From: Lama guanicoe
Taxonomy: Eukaryota
Assembly (NCBI GenBank): GCA_013239625.1
Contig: MU054323.1
Coordinates: forward strand, 10,819,186-10,883,185
Direction: 5' to 3'
DNA length: 64,000 nt
The position numbers and the translations under genes were made by a program. A model generated the notes under the pieces. That model saw only the letters and a program-made list of their open reading frames with translations. It was not told the origin of the DNA and did not search any database. This document shows, one piece after another, positions 52,046-64,000 of this stretch. The stretch's first letter is position 1; the number at the start of each line of letters is the position of its first letter.

Positions 52046-52634
52046 GCTATTGCCCATCAAATATTTATCATATGGCCTTCTGACAAGGATAATGTAAATA
52101 TTTTATCTATTTATGTGTCTTGATTGTTTGTAATATGTACTGTGAGATGCTTCCCTTAGTTGGAAAGAGCTCTGATTTGAAAGCAAGGAGATTTGTGGTC
52201 CTAATTAGTACCTACCATGTCATTTGCAACTCATAACCTCTCAACACGTAAGTAAAAGTTTCCAGATCTAAAACTTTTTATCTGAATGACCTTGATAATG
52301 TGTTATCAAACTTCTGGACTCCAGTTACCCCATTTACAAAATAAAGCAAATACTTGCCCTTCCTATTGCAGGATTGGTAAAAATAGTAATTGTGAAAGTG
52401 ATTTATAAAGTCCCATATGACTGTAACAGGACATTAACAATGGTTATAAAGAAAGGCAAAATGTCCTTTACAAGACAGGCTGGGCAAATTCTCATGAAGT
52501 GAAGTTATCAGGCAGTAATCCTAAGAGTGGCAGTATGCTGCAAATTCTGCCCACACAACTCTCCCCTTCTTCTCCCACCCACAGGCCAGTCCCTCCTCAA
52601 CTTCAGCAGACAAAACTGCCTTATAAAAGCATTC

Positions 52635-53700
52635 ATACTATAAGTAAAACAAAATGACAACCTACAGAATGGGAAAAAATTTTTGCAAACGATGAAACCG
52701 ACCAAGGCTTGATCTCCAGAATATATAAGCAGCTCATGTGACTTAAGAAAAAAACAAACAACCCAATCCAGAAATTGGCAGAAGATCTAAACAAGCAATT
52801 CTCCAAGGAAGACATACAAATGATCAATAGGCACATGAAAAAATGCTCAATATCACTAATTATCAGACAAATGCAAATCAAAACTACAAGGAGGTATCAC
52901 CTCACACCAGTCAGAATGGCCATCATTCAAAAGTCCACAAATGACAAATGCTGGAGAGGCTGTGGAGAAAAGGGAACCCTCCTACACTGCTGGTGGGAAT
53001 GCAGTTTGGTGAAGCCACTGTGGAAAACAGTATGTAGATTCTTCAAAAGACTAGGAATAGACGTACCATATGACCCAGTAATCCCGCTCCTGGGCATATA
53101 TCCAGAAGGAATCCTATTTCAAAATGACACCTGCACCCCAATGTTCATAGCAGCACTATTTACAACAGCCAAGACATGGAAACAGCCTAAATGTCCATTG
53201 ACAGATGACTAGATAAAGATGCTGTGGTATATTTATACAATGGAATACGATTCAGCCATAAAAACCAACAACATAAAGCCATTTGCAGCAACATGGATGC
53301 TCCTGGAGATTGTCATTCTAAGTGAAGTAAGCCAGAAAGAGAAAGAAAAATACCGTATGAGATTGCTCATATGTGAAATCTAAAAAAAAAAAAAAAAGAA
53401 CATAAATACGAAACAGAAACAGACTCATAGACATAGAACACAAACTTGTGGTTGCCAAGGGGGCAGGGGGTGGGAAGGGACAGACTGGGATTTCAAAAGT
53501 TGTAGATAGTGACAGGCATACACAGAATAGATAAACAAGATTATACTGTATAGCACAGGGAAATATATACAAGATCTTGTGGTAGTTCACAGTGAAAAAA
53601 AATGTGACAATGAATATATGTATGTTCATGTATAACTGAAAAATTGTGCTCTACACTGGAATTTGACAACATTGTAAAATGACTATAACTCAATAAAAAA
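52635..53700 (+). mobile_element. Young 5'-truncated L1 (ORF2 C-terminus plus complete 3' UTR)
   Basis: A 145-aa open stretch with the intact C-terminal [18 protein letters not shown] zinc-knuckle region. AATAAA at 53692-53697. Confidence 0.95.
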
Positions 53701-53872
53701 TGTTTTAAAATGCAGATAAACATGAAAAAAAGAAAATTAACAACCTCATTTCTGCTGCCAAGTAAAATAAAACGGTAACTACCTTGGTGCATATATAATT
53801 ACATGATGCTACAGTGAGTTAAGTCTCTGGGACTGGGGTACTTGAAATAGGACATTTTTCTCCTTTCACTGT

Positions 53873-54389
53873 TGTAGTGGATTGAACGGTGGCTCCTCAA
53901 CAGATATATCCACATAAACATCCATAGGGCCTGTGAATGTTAACTTATTTGTAAAAAGAGTCTTTGCAGATGTAATTAAGAGGAAGTCATCCAAGACTAT
54001 CTGGGTAGGCCCTAAATCTAATGGCAAGAATCTTTAAAAGAGACACACAAAAGAAAGACACATGGACAGAAGAGAAGGAGGCCATGTGAAGACAGAGGCA
54101 GAGACTGGAGTGATGCAGCCCTGAGCCAGACACACAGAGGAGAAGGAGATGTGACCAAGGAGGCAGAGATGGGAACAATGTAGTCACAAGTCAAGAAGCA
54201 CTTGGAGCTACCAGAAGTTGGCAGGAAGAGACAAGAAACTGAACATCCCCAGAGTCTTCAGAGGAAACTCATCCCTGCTGACACTTGATTTTGGACTTCT
54301 GGCCTCCAAAACTGTGAGGGAATAAATTTGTTGTTTTAAGTCACCAAGATTGTAGTAATTTGTTACAGCAGCCACGGGATACTAATAAA
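53873..54389 (+). mobile_element. Complete MaLR solo LTR (MLT1B/C-like), lying within the putative transduced segment
   Basis: TGTAGTGGATTGAACGGTGG...TCTTTGCAGATGTAATTAAG...GGCCATGTGAAGACAGAGGCAGAGACTGGAGTGATGCAGCC...GTAATTTGTTACAGCAGCCAC...CTAATA. Confidence 0.9.
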
Positions 54390-57300
54390 ATGATTTTTTA
54401 ATTGAAAAAATAAATAAATAAAAGCATTCTTTTTATTAATGTTAACACTCTCCTCCTACACAAGCACAAACCTCTAATGGACCTTTTCTTTGGTAAATTT
54501 GTGAAAGGATCAGATGGATTTAGATGAACTTCATCTTTCAAATAGCTATATGTATTCTCAGCATTTCAAAGGGTTTTCACATAGCCATTAGGAGGTTCCA
54601 CCAAATCTAGAACTGATCTCATTTCTCAAGACCCAGGTTCCTTTTGTCTCGCCCTATGACTTGATGCCACACACACCTTTAAATACATGTAAGATGCACA
54701 GTGCTGGGTGAGTGTGCCTCCCCCTACTGGATATACAGACAACACCCTAGAGAAATACTCTGTTTAATCTAGTAACAGAAGAATAAACAGTAATTTCAAG
54801 ATATTTTTTCCAAGATACTAACAATCTTCTTTTAAGCATTTCTCACAAACTTCAAAGATACATATGCAATTGTTTTCTTTTCCTCCTGGAAACACCAATA
54901 CTCAGAGGCTTTCGAGAGTTGTATCCCAAGAGATTCTGATCCCTGCTGCTGTTTCCCATTCTGGCTCTCCTGTCTGTTGTGGCTTCTCAACATGTGAAAA
55001 TATAGAACTGATTAATTATGAATGTTGTGGCTTGTCTGACCCACATCTTACCTTACTCGTTTGTTCCTCTGGAATTCTATTCAATAGTCAGAGGAGTATC
55101 AATTTCAGAAAACAAGGTTTCCCTGATATCCAACCTGAAGTTTCCTTCTACAAGTCTCATCCTATTACTTTTGTGGGCCACACTAAAGAACTCTTATCCT
55201 TCACTGCCACTCTCCCTCTTCAGAGATTTGTAGATTGTTACCACGGCTTTCCCTTCATCACCACTTAGCCCAGCTATATATATTTAATTCTTTTCATCTT
55301 TCATCATAAATCAGTCCCTTCACAGGGACTCTCTGCTCTTCTCTGGACTAGTTTCAACTCCTCCAATTTCACCTCCAATAACTGATATTCCTTTTGGGAG
55401 CTCCAATTACCTCTCTATCTTCTTTCTCTCTCTCTTTGTCCTTTCCAGAAACAAAATGGGAAGAGACTGACAGATATGTGAGGTCAAGGGTCAGGTGTAC
55501 TGCATTGCATACATCTACTTTAAATTGCTTAGGCCTCTCCATAGTACATATGAAGTTCCAAGTCATATATCCCCTTTCCTGGAGTGGGAAGGAGGATATT
55601 AACAGAGAAATAGGCCCTCTTATCCCACAGGTTATTATTCTCTGGAGGATGCCTGGAGGATGGCAGAAGCAAGATGTGAAAACATCTACAAAAAAGGTTA
55701 TAAAGTGGAGCTGTGGGCAATGTCACAGCCTCCAGGCAGATATCTTTTTTGAGGTTTGATCTGTCCCAGAATGGTGAACACCATTTACACAGTCCCAGCA
55801 ATTGCCTCTCTCCTTCTCCATAAATGGGTACTCTGGGGAACTGCTTCAGACTTTGAAACACTGATCCCACTTATGAATTCAAAGCAATCCACAAAGAAAA
55901 ACCATTAGTAAGTCATGCATTACTCTCAGACATCCTTTTTTTTCTCTCAGATAGCCCAAACTGCAAGCAATACAAAGGTATTGCTTTGTCCTAACTAGGT
56001 GCTTTTCCACTTTTACCACATTCCTAGTCATGGTCCTGCTCAGGAGTGGTAACCTATCTTTAGTCTGATACAAATGGGCTAATCCAGGCCCCTCACCACA
56101 AGAGGTGGCAGAAAACCTATCCTCTTCTCTTCCCTCCCCACAGATCAGCAAGGCCATGCCCTTTTAGACCAGATTGTCAGTCACTTGGGCAGAAGCAGGG
56201 AGAAATTAGCTGAGTTGTGCCTATTTTCCCTTTGCATGATTGAAGAGCCTATCTCACAGAATAGTTAAATTCCTTTTCTATAAATCAGAGCATATATAAA
56301 AAGAATAAACCCATTTTCTCAAACATGATAAATAGCAAAATCAATCCAAGTGTGAGAACCTAAGCTTCAATTTTCATACAAGAAAATGAAACCACAATGA
56401 TATATGTGAAACACAACACAATATAGAAGGGTGTGTCCACTCCCTCCACGGAGAGTCTGCCGTGGAGACTGTATCTGAGTGAGGCTGGGGAGGCAATGGT
56501 AAGGCTAGAAGCTAGTCTTGCATGGCCAGCTGCCTAATTGAAGACAGTATATGTCTCAGAGAAGGAGAGTCCAGCCTGTTCCAAGTATGATCACCATAAG
56601 GCCCGAAGTGCTTTTCAATAAGCTGTCTGTCTCTCTGCAGGTCATGGGGAGCTCATCCAGTTACAGTTAGTGTCTTATTTAATCCCATCAATAATCATTC
56701 AATCCCAATCCTGCTGAAAAATGCTCGGCCAAAATTTCTAGCCTTTTAATGGCAGAATCCTGGCTCTTTCTAAAACCAGCATTGCTAGATGTGTCAAGTG
56801 ATGCATAAGGGCTTGGTCCAGCTGCCAAATGGACTGTGTTGCTGTGAGAGGACTTGGGATGCTCATTGTGCTTCCCTCCTGCCAGTAGCAGAGCAGCTCC
56901 TGGAGCACAGTAATCTCTCTATGGAACTCCCCAACTCAGCAGCTTCAACTTCTTATCTAACACTTGACTGGAGTATATTTTTCAAAAGCATGAAGCGTGT
57001 GACTCTTCAGAAACATCACTGATAACTTAATGCAACCTGCCTGTTTATAGTGGGTGAGTTCAGGGCTGCAGAAAGGACCTCTTTTGTCTGTCACCAACAT
57101 CTGACAATAGCTGGATCTAGACTGCTAGGGCCTACAGTAATTTAACAAGAGGTGATGGGAAAGCTCCAGAGCCGCTCAGAGACAAGAAAGTGGAAGAAAA
57201 TCTGCATTCCCAGAGAAGTATTTTTTATATCCATTACAAAAACATTAGGCACTAGAAGAGAATGTTGCATGTATAAACCACAGAAGCCAAGACGATATTA

Positions 57301-58792
57301 AAGCACAGCTGTTCTTCACAAAAGTATCTGTGGTGAGACAACAGTATTGGTCTCCCATCTCAGTTCACAGAAGGCACTATCAAATTCATCAGACCTTGCC
57401 TTTTACTATGTAGTAGTATAAATTTCAACATTGAACCCAAAGGGGTCATTTTAGGTGCCAATGCCACCAATGTTAATGCTGAAATATGCATCCAGACTCT
57501 GTCTTCCTTGGGGAAAACACACCAGAATGTTTCCTCTGCAATGACAGAGAAACCTCAGCTTCTGAATATCGTTGCTGCATGAGACTACTGGGTGTAGGTG
57601 GGAGTATGTGTGTGTATTGGGACAAGCATGGGAAATACTTGTGACTCCACAATGGGCTTTTTTCAATGCTTTCTGTCCAATTAATACTAGACATTAGTAA
57701 CCAGTGGAGCATAAGAATTTCATTTATTTCTGATGATGAGAATGATAGAAAAGCTGCTGAGTTTTGCTCAATGGAATTAGTGTAGGCTTTTAAAAGGCAT
57801 GATTTCTTTTCTGTGCTTTCTCATTCATTTACATTGTATATTTTATTCACAAGTCTTTCCCCAATGGTCTTACAAGAGAACATCCATTCAAAACCACTTG
57901 GTTTTCCAGTCAAAGGGTATTATAGGAAGAGTTAGAAGTAAGTGCCTACATATATACCCCCAACTCTGGGAATATAGGAAGGAAATGAGGGAGTAATGAA
58001 ACAGAAACTTCATTTCAGGAGTCTCCAGCAGAGAGATCTGCAGTGAAATAGGCCTGCCAGAGACTGTCATCCAGATCTGCTGCTGCAGGCATTCAAGCTC
58101 AGAATTGGAGGGAAGGGATGGAGGGCAGAGGAAGAAAGGGAAATCAACTACTGTCTCTTCCTGGCTTCAGAGTGATTTCCTCAAAGGAAAAGAATCTTGG
58201 CAACTTTGCTCCATCTCTCCACATATCCCTCGTGCCCTATGTCCCTTAGTTCCTCTAGGGTTCTCCCAACACATCTGAGAGGAAGAACAAGAGTCTGAGT
58301 GGATAGTAGCCTGGGGTTGGGTGGAGAGCAGAATGAATTAATGAAGAAGAGGCAATTCCTAGTAACCGAATATGGAGGGGATAACCAGGTGGGTTTCAAT
58401 AATATGAAGAGAAGTTCTATATTCTCTGACAAAGTGTATCACATTCCCCATACCTGTAGTGGCCAGGAAGAGGAACAAGGGGAAGGGGAAAAGGGCAACA
58501 GTTTTGAGATCTAGAACTAAGCTCTCGGAACACAGAAGTAACAGAGGAATTTCAACTGTTCCAGGGGCTCCAGAAGAACGGCATCTAATTTTGGCTGAAA
58601 TCCTGTGTAAGTCGGTAGAAAAAGTCATTCTACCAAGAACAAGAAATTCTTTTCCCAATTTGGTTGCTGGAAAGGAAGGCAAACCCTAGAGGAGTGACTG
58701 CAGTAGGGGAGAAAATAAGAAAATACGGTCTAACTGGGGAAGGAGGTTTGCGGAAGGAAGAAAGGCGGCTAAGAACCACGGACTGCGGTTTT

Positions 58793-60544
<1,752 letters not shown>

Positions 60545-60549
<5 letters not shown>

Positions 60550-60757
60550 GGCGGAGCCGCGAGAGCGCGCCGAGATGGGGCGGGGCCGAAGTGGGGGCGG
60601 GGCTCGAACGTCAATTCCGCGCCGTGGCTGGGCCCACGCAGGCCAGCTCCGCCCCTGCTCGCACCCGCAAGCCAATGTAGAGGCGAGGTCCGCTCCAATG
60701 CAAATCTAGAGGCCTCTGCTTTCATTGAGAAAAGCACACAGCCAGCCCCGCCCTCCC
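60545..60757 (-). promoter_or_regulatory. ALK TATA-less proximal promoter (GC boxes, CCAAT boxes, octamer, E-box, CRE half-site)
   Basis: GGGGCGGGG at 60577-60585 and 60594-60602; CCGCCC at ~60649 and ~60748; CCAAT at 60672-60676 and 60695-60699; ATGCAAAT at 60698-60705; CAGCTG at 60545-60550; ACGTCA at 60608-60613. Confidence 0.8.
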
Positions 60758-61975
60758 TCCATCTCTTTTCCCTCTACCTTCTTCTCCTCCTCCAGGATTC
60801 TCTGCCCTATTTCGCTGCTGTGTTAACAGCGGAGTGTTTTGGATAAATGAGAGGCCTGCAAGAGGTCTTTGCAATCAAGCACCCTGACTTTGCATTTAAG
60901 AGATTAAACGGGTCCGACTTCAGAAAAGCAGTTCAGCAATAAAACTGGAAGAGGAAGGGCAGCACAGCACGACATTGCCAAATCTCAGCTTGGATTAGGG
61001 CCCTGACACAGAATCTTCTCTGACCCTTCCATTTAATTGAACGCATTCCTGGGAACCTAGGGATACCGCAATCCACACAGGAAAAGTTGGTGGTGGGGGT
61101 ACAAAGCGGTTAGCGGTGGTGGGACGCGGCCAGCCATCTCGCAGAGTTCTGACTCAGCTACAACAAATAAATTTCAGACCTCAGTCACCCTGCGTTTTCT
61201 CAGAATAGTCCTTGATTTTGTGTCACCTCTTTTATTCTCTGAAAGGTAAGTATTTTAAATTCTAGTTTTAGAGATAAGGAAACTGCGTTGCAGAGAATTA
61301 ATTTATTTTCCTAGGGTCACATGGTCCTACGTGCCTCCCAAGCTCGTATTCATGTGCTCTTAACCATTGTTCTGCTATACCCCTCCATGAGTAACATGCC
61401 AATAAGGTCTAGGAGTGACTTAGCTGGAAGGAATAATGATCAGGCACTCTTCTTAGAGAATTCAGAACTGCAGGCCTTTTTTTATTCATCTGTGAAGTTA
61501 GGGCTGTATCTCCCTTCTCTCCCTTCATCTCTCCTGAATTGTTATCACAGAACTTGGATAATGGCTGTGTTTATAACAAGTGGTTCACTAGAACCATACA
61601 CAAAACTACAATCTTTGATGCACAGAGTGGAGATGAATCTCCCTCACTAAGCAGCAAAGAATGACCTGATTCAGAGAAGAAGTGATGTTTCTTTCTACCT
61701 TGATGGAGGAAGGGAAGGAGGAAGAAAAAGGAAGATGAAGAAAAGGTCATGGAGATTAATACTTTCCTAGTATGTGAGCAAGTATGTTTGGATTTGCATC
61801 AGATTTCACTGGCATGCACATTGGTGAGAGAACAGTTTTCTATTTGAAATGTTTGAAAGACTAAAACACAGACCCTTTCTCTCCCCACTCTAGTCTTTAT
61901 TTCTCTGTATAATTCTTGTCCAAAGTCAAACTGACTCCAGGAATTAGTCAGTAACTAAGAATCAGCTACAATCAA

Positions 61976-61993
61976 TGGCCACTAGGGGGCTGC
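61976..61993 (+). promoter_or_regulatory. CTCF core motif ~1.4 kb upstream of the ALK TSS
   Basis: TGGCCACTAGGGGGCTGC closely matches the CTCF consensus TGGCCAC(C/T)AG(G/A)GGGCGC. Confidence 0.7.
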
Positions 61994-62262
61994 AGAGACT
62001 TGAAACGTCAGATGAGCCACCAGGGTTTAACATTCTCCCAAATAATCAAGGGGATCATTGCCTTTGCACCTAGTGATCACAGAGGTCTCCATTAACTTTC
62101 ATGCTTTTCTAAATTTTTCCTCAAAGAACGACAAGTGCCTCTCTACATAGATTATACCACACTAAATCTCAAAAATATTCCCTTTTTGTTAGATAATTCA
62201 GAAAAAGAGGCAGGAATGCATATTGAGTTCATCAGTCACTATACATATGCATATGTAAGAGA

Positions 62263-62286
62263 GTGTGTGTGTGTGTGTGTGTGTGT
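62263..62286. repeat. (GT)12 microsatellite
   Basis: Read directly. Confidence 0.95.
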
Positions 62287-62619
62287 ATCACAACACTCAG
62301 TGGCCTTTTGGGGAAAGATATGTATTATTATTTCCATTACAGAGACAAAACTGCTAAGGTTCAGAAAGGCAAAATAATCTGTCTAAGGTCAAATAGCAAG
62401 TAAATAACAGAGTTGGAATTCAAGCCAGTGATTCTTTTCCTCCAAAATTTAAAAATTCCACTGAGACAGATTTGGCCTCTTCCTTATGCCTACAGCTATA
62501 ATTTTGACACTTCTGTCCTTATATCATTGCCATCTAGAGGATGGGAGATGGAAAAGAACAGTTAAGAGCAAGTGACGAAAATAAAGACAGAAAGATTAAA
62601 ACTGTGAGCAGAAGTGACA

Positions 62620-62832
62620 ACTAACATGCCTTGTGCACATACTATGGACCAGCATGTTCCAAAATATTTTTTATGCATTATCTCATTTAAGATTCACACT
62701 AACACTATGAGGGGAAGTAATAGTATCTCTATTTTAGAGATCACAAATGGAAGTTAAGAGAGAGTAACTTCCCAACAATAGACTACATATGTAACAAGAT
62801 TTGTTACAGGATGTGAACCTGGATATCTGACT
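62620..62832 (-). mobile_element. MIR SINE
   Basis: ATGCATTATCTCATTTAAGATTCACACTAACACTATGAGG...TCTCTATTTTAGAGAT...TGAACCTGGATATCTGACT. A second fragment lies at ~62325-62440. Confidence 0.75.
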
Positions 62833-64000
62833 AAGAAGTCCATGGTCTCAAATCCTGGGTGACCTCCCAAGAGAGAAAATAGAGTGTGGTGGAATAGACT
62901 GAGATAGGCAGAGGTGAACATGGAAGAAACTGAAAGCTTAACTCAAAAAGAGGGACATAGAGGTGGGAGTAGCAGGAGAGCAGACAGGTGATACTGGAAG
63001 GCAAGAAGACATAGTTCATGAGGTGGGCTGCTCTGGGTCACCTTGCTGATGACAGGCATTTAAGCTGAGGAGGGAGGTGAGACCATGTATCAAGAGAGGA
63101 AAGGGCCAAGTTGGGCACAGAAAACACTAAGACCCTCCTCAGGAAATTCCCAGTTACTGGAAATGGAGAAGTGGACAACTTAGTTAAGGAGGGGTTTGAA
63201 TTCTGTATAAGAAAAGCAGTAATTTAAAAAAAAATCATTTCAAATCTAGGCAGTGTGATTTAAGGCAAGACACCTCAGAACTGTAAAATCTGAGACCTAC
63301 AGGGTTAATTAAGTCAGGCATTCAGTTGGTCAAAAAGTAGGAGAGAGAAAGAGAAAAAAGGAAAAGAGGAGGAGCAGGAGAAAGAAAAAAGGTGGGAGAA
63401 AAATCAGTAAGTCAAGCTGAAGCTAGACATTAGAATATACTTACTGCTAAGACATTTGGAAACACACAACCAGAATAGCTTACCCGGGGCCAACAGCAGG
63501 ACATGCGACCTAAAAGAAACATTCAAATGAACTGTGGACTTATGTTCAGGAAACTGGATTTTAATCATAACCTCACCTCTCAGACACTCTATGGACCTTG
63601 GGGAAAACCCTTGCTTTCTCTTTGCTTCTATATCAAACTAGAAGAACCAGGTACAGTCATTAGGACACTGTCCATTCTGAATTCTGTGTGAGTCTCTCCA
63701 AGTGGCTAAAAGGTTGTATCCAAGACTGAGAACCAGAGCTGACAGGTTTTAAAGGAGACTATGAACTTCCAGGGGAACCATGAAAAGAATATGGACCTAA
63801 TATTGGACAGGAAAAAAAAAACAAATTTCTTTTTAAAACATACATCCCTGCCAGTAGACAGACTTGAGCTCTGGCTCTATAGCCTACAATTGCTGACTAG
63901 TCATATATAACATACCTTCTAATAATCATCATGCTAAAGAGAAAGTAGCTAGAGTTATTAATCAAACGTTATTAAGCACCAACTATGTGCTTGGCTTTTC

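Noticed and set aside
56444..56467. 8-bp-stem hairpins (also at ~6950-6968 and ~35093-35111)
   Set aside because: Several 8-bp stems with short loops are expected by chance in 64 kb, and none extends to pre-miRNA length.

Overview
Mammalian genomic DNA, most likely a camelid (a vic-1-type tRNA-derived SINE and young L1 3' ends point that way; this is recognition from memory, not a database search). The only protein-coding feature is exon 1 of ALK (anaplastic lymphoma kinase) on the minus strand: CDS 59578->58897, 5' UTR of about 970 nt, in a CpG island with GC boxes, CCAAT boxes and an octamer. Bases 1-58896 are the proximal part of the very large ALK intron 1, filled with L1 of several ages, L2, MIR, MaLR LTRs and DNA-transposon MITEs. 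Bases ~60550-64000 are upstream flank with a strong CTCF motif. I see no evidence of a new multi-gene system. The most interesting signals are: (1) an L1 3' transduction of ~700 bp that carries an LTR and is bounded by a 12-bp TSD; (2) a 280-bp orphan retrocopy with ATTAAA, a poly(A) tail and an 11-bp TSD, inserted inside an L1; (3) a consensus REST/NRSE site inside ALK coding sequence; (4) a locally templated ~100-bp insertion within an L1; (5) four clustered uATGs, one opening a 179-codon uORF; (6) hexamer duplications that lengthen the ALK N-terminus. Repeat subfamily names and comparisons with human ALK are from recall and need checking with Dfam/RepeatMasker and alignments.
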